Shown piece by piece: positions 23,843 to 34,345 of a DNA stretch of 38,395 bases. The position numbers and the translations under genes were made by a program. The DNA is from a virus (Duplodnaviria > Caudoviricetes). Numbering within the stretch: position 1 is the stretch's first letter; every line of letters begins with the position of its first letter. Location: the IMG/VR virus record IMGVR_UViG_3300030095_001230, positions 1-38,395 of that record; one strand, 5' to 3'. The notes under the pieces were generated by a model. That model had not been told where the DNA came from and did no database searches. It saw only the letters and a list, made by a program, of their open reading frames with translations.

Positions 23843-26349
23843 TGGCAAAGCAAACGATAGCTTTTACAAATTTTACAGCTGGAGAACTATCTCCAAGACT
23901 TGATGGTCGTACAGATCTAGGTAAATATTTTAATGGCACAAAGACATTAGAAAATATGGTTGTGCATCCTCATGGTGCTGCAACTAGACGACCAGGTACA
24001 AAGTTTGTGCATGAAGTTAAAAGTAGTGCTGCTGCTACACGATTAATTCCTTTTGAGTTTTCGACAACGCAAACATATATTTTAGAATTAGGTAATTTAT
24101 ATATTCGTTTTTTTAAAGACAAAGGTATTATTACAGAAGGCGATAAAACTATTACTGGAGCAACACAAGCTAATCCTTGTGTCATTACTTCTAATAGTCA
24201 TGGATTTACTAATGATGATCATGTGATTATTACAAGTGTTGTAGGAATGACAGAATTAAATGGTAAAACATTTATTGTTGCTAACTCTACAACGAATACT
24301 TTTTCGTTAAAAAATGTTGATGGTACGGCAATTAATTCATCTGCTTATACAGCGTATGGATCAGCTGGTACGGCAAATAAAATTTATCAAATAACAAGTC
24401 CATTTACGACTTCACAAATACCGACTGTTAAATTTGCTCAATCAGCTGATATTATGTACATGGTTCATCCATCACATCCGATACAAAAACTATCACGAAC
24501 TGGACATACATCATGGTCAATAACAACACCTACATTAACAACCTCCGATGATGTTACTGTAAGTGCTGTTACAAAAGCTAATCCAGGAGTTGTAACCACA
24601 GCAAAAAGTCATAAGTATGTAAAAGGCGACTTAATTACTTTTACTGGTGTTGGTGGCATGACACAACTTAATGGTAATACTTATACTGTTGGAAATGTTT
24701 TAAATACATTTGATATAACAGGAATTACACAAGCTAATCCAGGTGTAGTAACTACATCTGCTGCACATAACTTAGCAGTAGGCGATGATATTTCAATAAC
24801 AGATGTTAAAGGAATGACACAGTTAAACGATAATTATTATACTGTAAAAACTGTACCATCCTCGACAACTTTTTCTTTAGCAGATTCTGTTGGTACAAAT
24901 TTAAATACAACAGGATATACAGCGTATTCTTCTGCTGGAACTGTTACGACTCCTGATACACGATTTGAATTACAAGATGCTTCAGGTACAAATTTAAATA
25001 CCAGTAGCTACGGCACATTTAGTGCTAGTGGAAATGATATAGTAAATAAATTAACAGATCCATTATTAAATAAAACTACTGATACTTATCCAAGTTGTGT
25101 AACTTTTTTTGAACAACGATTAGTTTTTGCTGGTAGTAATAATGATCCTCAATCTTTATGGTTTAGTAAATCAGGATCATATGAAAATTTTACAACTGGT
25201 GTTAATGCAAGTGATGCGATGGTGTACACGATTGCATCTAATAAAGTTAATGCCATAAGAAATTTATCAGCTCAACGATCATTGATTGTAGGTACAGTAG
25301 GAGGGGAGTTTGTTGTTAGTGCATCTGGTACAACTTCGCCAATTACACCAACAAATATTCAAATACAAAAACAATCAAGTTATGGATCTGCGAATGTGGA
25401 TGCTGTTCAAATAGAAAATGTTACAATGTTTTTGCAGCGTGCAAAAAGAAAAGTAAGAGAGCTAACATACAATTTAAACATTGACCAATACCAAGCTGCT
25501 GACATGACATTATTGGCAGAACATATTTCAGAAGGTGGTATTACAGAAATGGCATACCAACAAGAACCTGATAGTATTTTATGGTGTGTAAGATCTGATG
25601 GTACTTTACTTGGTTTTACTTATGCAAGAGCTGAAGAAGTTGTTGGATGGCATCGACATATTGTTGGTGGTGTATTTGGTTCTGGTCAAGCTGTTGTAGA
25701 AAGTGTTGCCACTATTCCAAGTGATGATAACGAAGATGAATTGTACATGATTGTTAAGCGTACAGTAAATAGTGTTACTAGACGTTATGTAGAATATTTA
25801 AATTTATTTGATTATGGAGAAGATCAAAATGATGCATTCTTTGTTGATAGTGGACTTACTTATTCAGGAGGTGCAACAACATCTATTACTGGACTCGATC
25901 ATTTAGAAGGTCAATCTGTAACGATACTAGCTGATGGTGCAACGCATCCAAATAAAACTGTATCAGGTGGAGCAATAACTTTAGATAGATCTTCTACAAA
26001 AGTACATATAGGATTATCCTATACATCATTGTTACAAACAATGCGTATGGAGAGTCAAGGAAATGAAGCAACATCACAATCCAAAACAAAAAGAATTAAT
26101 GAAGTTACGCTGCGATTACATGAAACTGTGGGGGTAGAAGTAGGTTCAGATTTAACAAACATGGAACGCATACCATTTAGATCAAGTGCAGCAGCGATGA
26201 GTGCAGCTGTGCCACTTTTTACTGGCGATAAGCAAGTAGAATTTAGGGATGATTTCAATACGGATGGTCATGTTTATGTTAGACAAACACAACCATTACC
26301 ACTTACTTTAATCTCACTTTATCCAATAATTACAGTAAATGATGGCTAG
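23842..26349 (+). CDS. Tail tubular protein B / nozzle (T7 gp12-like) with three FCCH-like inserted domains
   Basis: NFTAGELSP, RRPGT, YPSCVTFFEQRL, GWHRH and QPLPLT motifs; repeated T.ANP.V.T...H...GMT.LN domains. Confidence 0.93.
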   Translation: MAKQTIAFTNFTAGELSPRLDGRTDLGKYFNGTKTLENMVVHPHGAATRRPGTKFVHEVKSSAAATRLIPFEFSTTQTYILELGNLYIRFFKDKGIITEGDKTITGATQANPCVITSNSHGFTNDDHVIITSVVGMTELNGKTFIVANSTTNTFSLKNVDGTAINSSAYTAYGSAGTANKIYQITSPFTTSQIPTVKFAQSADIMYMVHPSHPIQKLSRTGHTSWSITTPTLTTSDDVTVSAVTKANPGVVTTAKSHKYVKGDLITFTGVGGMTQLNGNTYTVGNVLNTFDITGITQANPGVVTTSAAHNLAVGDDISITDVKGMTQLNDNYYTVKTVPSSTTFSLADSVGTNLNTTGYTAYSSAGTVTTPDTRFELQDASGTNLNTSSYGTFSASGNDIVNKLTDPLLNKTTDTYPSCVTFFEQRLVFAGSNNDPQSLWFSKSGSYENFTTGVNASDAMVYTIASNKVNAIRNLSAQRSLIVGTVGGEFVVSASGTTSPITPTNIQIQKQSSYGSANVDAVQIENVTMFLQRAKRKVRELTYNLNIDQYQAADMTLLAEHISEGGITEMAYQQEPDSILWCVRSDGTLLGFTYARAEEVVGWHRHIVGGVFGSGQAVVESVATIPSDDNEDELYMIVKRTVNSVTRRYVEYLNLFDYGEDQNDAFFVDSGLTYSGGATTSITGLDHLEGQSVTILADGATHPNKTVSGGAITLDRSSTKVHIGLSYTSLLQTMRMESQGNEATSQSKTKRINEVTLRLHETVGVEVGSDLTNMERIPFRSSAAAMSAAVPLFTGDKQVEFRDDFNTDGHVYVRQTQPLPLTLISLYPIITVNDG

Positions 26350-26791
26350 ATTACAATTAATAGATTTTAAAGCAGACCATGCACACATCATGGTTAATGG
26401 ATTAATGAATGATCCGTTATTACAAATTGATGAAAAGTTACACAATCAATTAAACGGATTAGAAGTCGCTGATATGTCTTTCACAGCCATACACGATAAT
26501 AATATTATTTGTTCAGGAGGTGTTATTCCTATTTGGGAAGGTGTCTTTGAAGGATGGGTTATGGGTACAGAATTAATTTGGCAACACCAATTTTCTTCTG
26601 CAAAAATAATTAAAATAGGAATGCAAAAATTAATTGAACATAATAACATTGTTCGATTACAAACTGCTGTCAAAAAAGATTTTATCTTAGGACACCGATT
26701 TGCAGAATGGTTAGGAATGAAACAAGAGGGATTAATGACTAAATATCAAAACAACGAAGATTACTATCGTTATGCGAGGATAAATGATTAG
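26339..26791 (+). CDS. GNAT-fold acetyltransferase-like protein (T7 gp13 position)
   Basis: GG...IW.GV.EGW...RLQTAV......HRFAEWLG...EG motif. Confidence 0.8.
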   Translation: MMARLQLIDFKADHAHIMVNGLMNDPLLQIDEKLHNQLNGLEVADMSFTAIHDNNIICSGGVIPIWEGVFEGWVMGTELIWQHQFSSAKIIKIGMQKLIEHNNIVRLQTAVKKDFILGHRFAEWLGMKQEGLMTKYQNNEDYYRYARIND

Positions 26792-27533
26792 AACTCCTGG
26801 CTCTCCTGAAGATAGTTTTGCTTTTACTAATATAAATTATGATCCAGCAACAGCAGTAGTTGTTGGTACAGCTGTTAATGTTACAGGTAATATATTAGGT
26901 GGCGAAGCAGCGATGCAAGGTGGCAGATATACAGATGCGATGTATAAAAGAAACGCTGGTATTTATGATAGCAAAGCAGATTTAGCTCTTAAAATTGGCG
27001 AGAGAAATGTATCAATTTTTGATGATGCTTTTGAGAGTCAAATGGCTTCAACAGAAGCAGCACTTCTTAATTCTGGTGTACGAGCTGAAGGTACAGCATT
27101 AGAAATAATCCAACATAGTTACGGACAAGCAGAAATAGAACGACAAAATATTATGTATGATGCTCTTGTAGCATCGTATGATTTTAAAGAGCAAGCTGTT
27201 GGTGCAAGATCACAAGGCGACATGGCGATGTTTCAAGCACGATCACAACGAGCTAATGCATGGATTTCTTCTGTTGGTTCAGTCATAAGTACAGTTGGAC
27301 AAATTGGATATATGAATAAAGCAGCTGCTAACGCAAAACTAATGATTGATGCACAAGCAGCAAATAATAATATGCTAACAGATATGATGACAACAAACAC
27401 TATGGCTCTTACTGATTTAAATAACACTTTAAATAAAAATTTATTTGATAGTGCTATTAATAATTCCATAAAAGCATTAACTGATCCATTAGGACTTAGT
27501 GAGCATGGCAACTTATTAAAGGATGCAAAATAA
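26784..27533 (+). CDS. Internal virion (ejection) protein A
   Basis: Ala/Gly-rich helical protein with SGV..EGT.L motif; gp14-like position. Confidence 0.75.
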   Translation: MIRTPGSPEDSFAFTNINYDPATAVVVGTAVNVTGNILGGEAAMQGGRYTDAMYKRNAGIYDSKADLALKIGERNVSIFDDAFESQMASTEAALLNSGVRAEGTALEIIQHSYGQAEIERQNIMYDALVASYDFKEQAVGARSQGDMAMFQARSQRANAWISSVGSVISTVGQIGYMNKAAANAKLMIDAQAANNNMLTDMMTTNTMALTDLNNTLNKNLFDSAINNSIKALTDPLGLSEHGNLLKDAK

Positions 27534-30073
27534 TGGTACAGATTCCAGTTTTTAATGCTTCCCAAACTTCTTCTAAAATACCTGGAGTACCAACTGGTGT
27601 AGCTAATCCAACAGCTGCTGCTGTATTGCCGTATCAGGCGATGGCTAATGTTGGCGAAACAATTTTAAATCAAGGTATAAGAAGCTACGGACAAGACTTA
27701 GATTTTAAAACAAAAAAATATGAATTAGATAAAAATCTACAAACACAAAAATATAAATTATCTAAAGAAAAAGAAATTAAAGAATTTGAAATAAGAGAAA
27801 AATATCAATTAGAAAATTATAAACAAAACGAAGAATTAAAATTAACATGGCAAGAAAATAGAGTTAAGTTACAAAGAGAAACAACAATTAAAAATGGTTT
27901 AAATGACTTAACAAAAATATTTCATCAAATGACAACAGAAGCACAAAACAATCCTGATACAGATAGTGCTATGGATGCCTGGGATAAAGGCATGAATGAT
28001 GCTTTTGAAAATGTTAAAAATGGAATAAAAGATGAGTACACTAAAAAATTATTTGAATTAGAATACAATGATAAATATGTTGCTGAAAGATTAACAGCTG
28101 TTGACTCAGTTGATAAAAATATTTTACAAAATAATTTAATTGCTTTTGAAGATCAGGTTGATACGCTTAAAAATGAAGCGTTATACGGAAGTAATGGTAA
28201 TATTAAAACACAAGCGTGGTTAAAATTATTTGGCGAAAATTCTATATTTGATCAACGACACAATAAAGGAAATTTAAAAATAAACGGCAAGCCAGTATTA
28301 CCTCATGTTTATAAAGAAATAATTAAAAAAGAAGTTTTTGAAACACAAGGCGATTTACTTTCTAAAAATTCTCCTGATCGTTTTTTAACATTAAAAGAAA
28401 ATGGATATTGGAATGATAAATTAAGTGATACAAAAATTGGCGATTTTACAGATCAAGCTAATCGTGTTTTAGCAGCAGAACAATCAGCTTACTTAACAGA
28501 TTTACGATCACAAAAAACATCGTTTAATTCAGCTGTTACAGATTTTACTGATCCAGGTAATCCTGATTATTTTGGCAATTTAGCTCAATATGATACCATG
28601 CTAAATAATGGAATTAATCTTGTTCAAACATTAAATGCTGCTGGATTAAAAAATGAAGCTCAAAGTGTATTAAACTCTTTAAAAGATTTAGAGTCAGCTA
28701 AACTTAATCATAATGTTATTTTAGATCTTAAAGATCAACCATTAGATGTAATAAGAGATAATTTAAAAGCATTAAAATCTTTAAATCAAGCAACATCAGG
28801 TACACATGATCATGATCAACGAATGATAGATCTTGAACCACACATAGAAAAATTAATTACTTACATGGAAAGTAATATTGAAAATAATGCGATTGGTATT
28901 GCTGAAAGTACAGGTATGCAAGTGCCAGTATTAGATTTTTTAGAACCTGATATAAATAAATTTGCTGAGTCAGCACAAGGGTATAATCAATTTGTTTTAG
29001 CCAATACAGATAAATATCAATTACCAGCACACCAATTTTTTCGAGAAGAAAATCTTTTTAAATTTAAAGAAGTTTTTGATACTGGTAATAAAGAAGAAAT
29101 ATTAACTTTAGTTAGAAATATCTCTTTGGTTGCTGGCACAAACTCTAATGATGCATTTAGACAACTTGGTCAAAAGTCGCCACTCTTTGCACACATGGGA
29201 ATGATGATGATGTTAAATAATGGAGCATCAACTGAAGCAACAGAAATGATGGTTAATGGGTGGATTGGTTCTCGTAACCCTGACAATGCAGCTCTTGTAA
29301 AAAATATTCCTAATAAAGACTCAACAGATTTTAAAAATAAAATTACTGGTATGTTTAGTTCAGCTTACTTTGATACTGTACCTGAAACATATAATCAAAT
29401 AACAGAAGCATCACAGTATATCTTTACGGACATGGTGTTAAATAATGTTGGATTACAAACATTAATTAATGAAGGAGAATTTGATGATGATGCTATACAA
29501 GAAGCTTTAACAACATCAATTCAATATGCAGCTGGTATGGTTAAAAAAGGAAGTACCTTTAATGGTGGTATTGAAATGTTTAATGATACACCAATTATTA
29601 TTCCCCAGCACAAAGCAAATGGTTCTTTAGATAGTTTTGACATGACAAATCCTAATGGAGATACACCTTCCTTAGAATTCTTATTAGAAAATTATTTAAC
29701 TGATGATATGTTATTTACAGCAACGGCAACAGTAGGCGATCATCCTATTCATGAAAAAGCTCATTATAATAATATGCCTTATGATTTTCATACAAATAAA
29801 GAAATAACAGCTGCTGATTTATTTACTGTTGAAGGTGGGTATGAGTCTATTTATTTAGAAACAGCTGACTACGGAGAATATTATATTACGAGAGGTAATC
29901 CTGGTTCTCCTGGAGTAGAAACTTACATGAATAAAAAACAAGAAAAAGTTACGTTAAATATTAATCGTATTTTACCTTTATTGCTTGCTGCACATAAAGA
30001 AAATCCACAAATTATTGTTGAAACATCAACAGGAATATACTCATCAACTATGGGTATGGCATCAGGAATGTAA
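27533..30073 (+). CDS. Internal virion (ejection) protein B
   Basis: 846 aa, helical; MVQIP start; position in the core-protein cluster. Confidence 0.7.
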   Translation: MVQIPVFNASQTSSKIPGVPTGVANPTAAAVLPYQAMANVGETILNQGIRSYGQDLDFKTKKYELDKNLQTQKYKLSKEKEIKEFEIREKYQLENYKQNEELKLTWQENRVKLQRETTIKNGLNDLTKIFHQMTTEAQNNPDTDSAMDAWDKGMNDAFENVKNGIKDEYTKKLFELEYNDKYVAERLTAVDSVDKNILQNNLIAFEDQVDTLKNEALYGSNGNIKTQAWLKLFGENSIFDQRHNKGNLKINGKPVLPHVYKEIIKKEVFETQGDLLSKNSPDRFLTLKENGYWNDKLSDTKIGDFTDQANRVLAAEQSAYLTDLRSQKTSFNSAVTDFTDPGNPDYFGNLAQYDTMLNNGINLVQTLNAAGLKNEAQSVLNSLKDLESAKLNHNVILDLKDQPLDVIRDNLKALKSLNQATSGTHDHDQRMIDLEPHIEKLITYMESNIENNAIGIAESTGMQVPVLDFLEPDINKFAESAQGYNQFVLANTDKYQLPAHQFFREENLFKFKEVFDTGNKEEILTLVRNISLVAGTNSNDAFRQLGQKSPLFAHMGMMMMLNNGASTEATEMMVNGWIGSRNPDNAALVKNIPNKDSTDFKNKITGMFSSAYFDTVPETYNQITEASQYIFTDMVLNNVGLQTLINEGEFDDDAIQEALTTSIQYAAGMVKKGSTFNGGIEMFNDTPIIIPQHKANGSLDSFDMTNPNGDTPSLEFLLENYLTDDMLFTATATVGDHPIHEKAHYNNMPYDFHTNKEITAADLFTVEGGYESIYLETADYGEYYITRGNPGSPGVETYMNKKQEKVTLNINRILPLLLAAHKENPQIIVETSTGIYSSTMGMASGM

Positions 30074-33000
30074 ATGGAATATAAAATAGACTGGGATTTT
30101 ATTTCTTCTTTGGAAGGAAAAGGAGCAAAACATGGTTATGTACCATCGGATAATTCTGGTGTTACGATTGCTACTGGTTTTGATTTAAAAGAAAAAGATG
30201 AAAACTTTTTTAGAAGTATAGGATTATCACAAAATATTATTGATAAACTTATTTCTTATGTTGGCATATCAGGTGCAGAAGCAGAAGAATTTATTGCACA
30301 AAAACCTCTTATCTTAGAAGATAATGAAGTATCTGAAATAGATCTAGCAAGTAAAAACTTTTATGCTCACAGCATCGCAAAAGATTATAATAACAGAAAT
30401 CCTAAAGTTAAATTTGAAGATTTAGAACCTTACCAACAAACAATAGTAGCATCTGTTGGTTTTCAATATGGAAGTTTTAATCGTAAAGATGGCTCTCCTA
30501 TGAATTTTATTCTACAAGCAACAAGTGGCGATTGGGATGGACTTGTCAAAAATTTACAGAATTTTCAAGATCAATTTCCTACACGAAGAAATAAAGAAGC
30601 AGATTATTTTATAGAAAAGAGTAAAAAAAAAAGTCTAATTAAACCTGACTCAAAAATTACATTATTAGATAATGAATTAAAGCGTGAAGCTTTAACAATG
30701 GGAGGATCAGATTTTGATTTAATTACTAATCAGTATGTCGATGATAAAGTTAAAAAAGATATAACAACACCAAAGGAAAAAAGTTTTTTATCTGAAGTAC
30801 ATAATAAAATTAAAGATTTTAAATATAATATTAAAGAAAAAGAAAAATTTAAAACAAACACCTTAAAGGATGAAAAGAATAATTTAGAAGTTACACTTGA
30901 TGTACCTAAACAAATAACACCAACAAAGCATTTTGTTAAACCAGATGAAAACAAAACATTTTTTTCTGACACAACAGATAAACGATACCGAGGAAATAAT
31001 AAATTAGCTTATTCCAAGCCATATCAATTAGGCGAAATTTTTGAGTCAAATTTAAATGATATGAAGGAATATGGTTTATTTACATCTTCCTATAATGGTT
31101 TGGTTGATGATTGGGAAAAAGTTGTAGAAGAAGTAAGTCATGTATTTGGTGTAGAGATACCACACTTTGAGGATTATATTCCTGAAGTTGATGATCAATA
31201 TTTAATTTCTCCATCAGATCCAACTGGTATTGGTTTTGCTTTTAATGGAAAAGATGTTGCAGCTAAAGCACCTTATAAAGAAAAGATTGCATATTTAGAT
31301 AAAGTTATTGCACAGCTTATTAAAGATAATCCTGATAAAGCATCTGATTTTAAAGGATATGAACATTACTTTGCTTTACGTTCAGCAGAAGCAAAACAAT
31401 CACAAGAAGATATTGCGATTGCTGCGATGTATGCAGACTCAGGATGGGATAAATGGGGTGGCTCATTATCAGGTGTTGGATGGGGTGCATTACATGATCC
31501 AGTTGTTTTAGCAAGTTTACCAGTTTCCATGCTTGTTGGATGGGAAGGAAGTATTGCTGTTGCAACGATGCGAGTAATGGCTCTTGAAGCTATTATTGGT
31601 TCTGTATCAGAAACACTTATTCAAACACAAGTTGTACCTTACAAACAAAAATTAGGTTTAGATTATGACTGGGGGGATGCTTCCAAGATAATTGGTACAG
31701 TTGGATTAACGAGTAGTGTATTTGGTGGAGCAATCACAGCTGGTGGTAAAGGTTCAGTTGCTGCTTATAAAGCTATTGAAAAAACTTTAGCAAAAACTAA
31801 TCCAAATATTGCAGCAAAAATACTTGGTAAAGAATTAAACAGATTAGTAGATGAAGGTGCAGATCCTAAATTATTATTAGAATATTTAGAAGGAAGAATT
31901 GCGTTACTAAATCCAACAGAATTAGTACAACTATCAAAATCATTACCTGAAACTATTATTGTTAATCCTAAATATTCCCAAGCCATAAAAGATTTAGAAA
32001 ATAATATTTTAAATGAAGCAGAAAGTCCGATTGAAAATACTGTTGCTGGAAAAAATGAGCATAATGAAAGACACAATAAATCGATTGAAACAATACTGCG
32101 TAATGAAGAAGTAAGTATTCCTGATCAACCAATTAATAAATTAGATATAGATCCTGATAGACCAATAGTAAATCATGTTAAATTAGATCCTGATCAAATT
32201 GAAGTTGATGCAAAAACTTTTCAATTTAAAACTGGTGGAGATAGCAAAGGTGTTTTAGAAAAATTACAAGGTGTTGAAAAATGGGATCATAATGCAGCTG
32301 GTACTGTTATGGTTTTTGAAAATGCTAATGGTAAATATTTTATTGCAGATGGACATCAACGATTAGGTTTAGCAAAAAGAATTAAAGAAAAAGATCCATC
32401 ACAAGATGTCTATTTAATGACAACCATAAGACGAGAAGTAGATGGTCATACTCCTGAGAGTACAATGGTTGAAGCGATGTTAATTAATGTAATTGCTGAT
32501 ACAGCTAAAGCTCCTGATGTAGCAAGAATATTACTTAAAATGGGGGAAGCTGGAACGGCTGCTTTATTAGAAGGTCGAGTTAAACCTTCCCAAGCATTAT
32601 GGAGTAACGCTACTGGATTATATCGTTTAGGCGATGAAGGATTTGAATTTTGGCTGCAAGGAAATGTTAAAGATAATATTGCTGCACAAGTAGGACATAT
32701 TATTGATGATCCACAAGCGTCTATTAATATTTTAAAGATATTAGAAAAAGCTAAACCAGCCGATATTGTTGAAGCTCGTATGATGATTAGACAAGCTTTA
32801 TCAGCTGGATTGTATGAAACAAAACAAGTTGATTTGTTTGGTACAAGTGTCATGAAAAATACACTCTTTGTAGAACGAACAAAGGTGTACAAAGCAGCAC
32901 TAAATAATCTTAAAAAAGAAAAAGGAATATTTAAGGCATTAGTTGAGAATGATACTAAAATTAAAAAAAGTGGTAGAAATAAACTTGATACAAAGTATAA

Positions 33001-34345
33001 TCAGAAAGAGGTAGAATTAAATGAAATCGCAATCCAAAAACTCGAAAAGCTTGCCAATAGAAAAGGACAACTCTCCGATGATCTTACAGCCAGCGCAAAA
33101 CTCTGGCGTGATGGAAGCAAGCGAGAAGCAGTTGAATCTTTTAAAGAAGCTATCATTTCATCAATTAAACGAGGCGATCACAAGGGGATTGATGCAGTCG
33201 GAAGTGAACGCAATATCTATGCTTCGCAATCGAAAGCTCCAGTACGACAAAAACCAAAAGAAAATATTATAACTGAAAAGTTAGAAACTTTTGATAATCC
33301 TCAACAATCAGTAAAATTTATAAAAGAAGCTGATGATCAGTTAGAAGAACTTAAACTAGAAGTAGAAGCTTCAGGTAAAGATAAAACTTTAGATACATCA
33401 ACAGCATCTGTTAAAACCCAAGATGAGTTTTTCCAAACAACTACTGCTGAACCACCATCATCTGTTTTTGCTAAAGCCAATAAAGAGCCATCCCAATCTC
33501 TAGGAGAAGTAGATAGTTCTGTTGGTTCGGTTAAATTAATTTCAGGCACAGATCACACAGTATTACAATCGAGTAACAATGTCAAATTTTTACTTTCCCA
33601 AGCAAAAAAACAAAGAAAAAATATAGAAAACTCTTTAATTCAAATTGCTGAAAATTTTGAAAATACTAAAGTTGTTGTAAATCTTAAAAAACCAAAAAAT
33701 TTAAATGATAAAATAGCACAAAAAAAGGCATTACATGGCGATGAATTTGATGCTTCTCTTATAGGAGATATTGCAAGAGGTCGTATAAACGTTAGCTCGT
33801 TAGATGATCTTTATGCCTTAGATATTTATTTAAAAAATAATTTTCAAATAATTAAAAAAACTGATTATTTTGCTACACCTAAAGAAGATACTGGATATAG
33901 AGGTATTCATTATCAGCTTGTTACAGAAGATGGTTTGGGATTTGAGTTACAAATACATCATAAAGAATTAATTGATGTTATTGATAAACTTAGAAAATTA
34001 CCAAATGCTTCTTATAATAAATATAAAAGTGTAAGTAAATTAACTCCTGAACAAGAAGCAGATCGTATTAAAATTGCAGCTGGAGAGAAAAAAATAATAG
34101 ATGCAAAATTTGCTGAATTAGAATTACAAGCAAAAGGATTACCAGAACAACAAGCAGCTGGTGGTATGTTTGATGAGTTTGAACGAAACCAACTTAACTT
34201 AACAGATGAGGTTTTAATGGGAGATAAAATTGATCCAGATGGTGCATTAGTGCCAAATATAAAAACTTTAAAACAAGTAATTGATGATGTTGAAGATGAT
34301 GGAAATATCATTGACTTCTTAAAAGATTGTCCAGGTATAAAATGA
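30074..34345 (+). CDS. Multidomain internal virion protein: pesticin-type muramidase + TM region + ParB-like + RelA/SpoT-like synthetase
   Basis: IDWDFISSLEG..GYVP..NSGVTIATGFDL..RRNKEADY; hydrophobic helices at about 31440-31760; FIADGHQRL; DIARGRI..GYRGIHY..FELQIH. Confidence 0.85.
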   Translation: MEYKIDWDFISSLEGKGAKHGYVPSDNSGVTIATGFDLKEKDENFFRSIGLSQNIIDKLISYVGISGAEAEEFIAQKPLILEDNEVSEIDLASKNFYAHSIAKDYNNRNPKVKFEDLEPYQQTIVASVGFQYGSFNRKDGSPMNFILQATSGDWDGLVKNLQNFQDQFPTRRNKEADYFIEKSKKKSLIKPDSKITLLDNELKREALTMGGSDFDLITNQYVDDKVKKDITTPKEKSFLSEVHNKIKDFKYNIKEKEKFKTNTLKDEKNNLEVTLDVPKQITPTKHFVKPDENKTFFSDTTDKRYRGNNKLAYSKPYQLGEIFESNLNDMKEYGLFTSSYNGLVDDWEKVVEEVSHVFGVEIPHFEDYIPEVDDQYLISPSDPTGIGFAFNGKDVAAKAPYKEKIAYLDKVIAQLIKDNPDKASDFKGYEHYFALRSAEAKQSQEDIAIAAMYADSGWDKWGGSLSGVGWGALHDPVVLASLPVSMLVGWEGSIAVATMRVMALEAIIGSVSETLIQTQVVPYKQKLGLDYDWGDASKIIGTVGLTSSVFGGAITAGGKGSVAAYKAIEKTLAKTNPNIAAKILGKELNRLVDEGADPKLLLEYLEGRIALLNPTELVQLSKSLPETIIVNPKYSQAIKDLENNILNEAESPIENTVAGKNEHNERHNKSIETILRNEEVSIPDQPINKLDIDPDRPIVNHVKLDPDQIEVDAKTFQFKTGGDSKGVLEKLQGVEKWDHNAAGTVMVFENANGKYFIADGHQRLGLAKRIKEKDPSQDVYLMTTIRREVDGHTPESTMVEAMLINVIADTAKAPDVARILLKMGEAGTAALLEGRVKPSQALWSNATGLYRLGDEGFEFWLQGNVKDNIAAQVGHIIDDPQASINILKILEKAKPADIVEARMMIRQALSAGLYETKQVDLFGTSVMKNTLFVERTKVYKAALNNLKKEKGIFKALVENDTKIKKSGRNKLDTKYNQKEVELNEIAIQKLEKLANRKGQLSDDLTASAKLWRDGSKREAVESFKEAIISSIKRGDHKGIDAVGSERNIYASQSKAPVRQKPKENIITEKLETFDNPQQSVKFIKEADDQLEELKLEVEASGKDKTLDTSTASVKTQDEFFQTTTAEPPSSVFAKANKEPSQSLGEVDSSVGSVKLISGTDHTVLQSSNNVKFLLSQAKKQRKNIENSLIQIAENFENTKVVVNLKKPKNLNDKIAQKKALHGDEFDASLIGDIARGRINVSSLDDLYALDIYLKNNFQIIKKTDYFATPKEDTGYRGIHYQLVTEDGLGFELQIHHKELIDVIDKLRKLPNASYNKYKSVSKLTPEQEADRIKIAAGEKKIIDAKFAELELQAKGLPEQQAAGGMFDEFERNQLNLTDEVLMGDKIDPDGALVPNIKTLKQVIDDVEDDGNIIDFLKDCPGIK

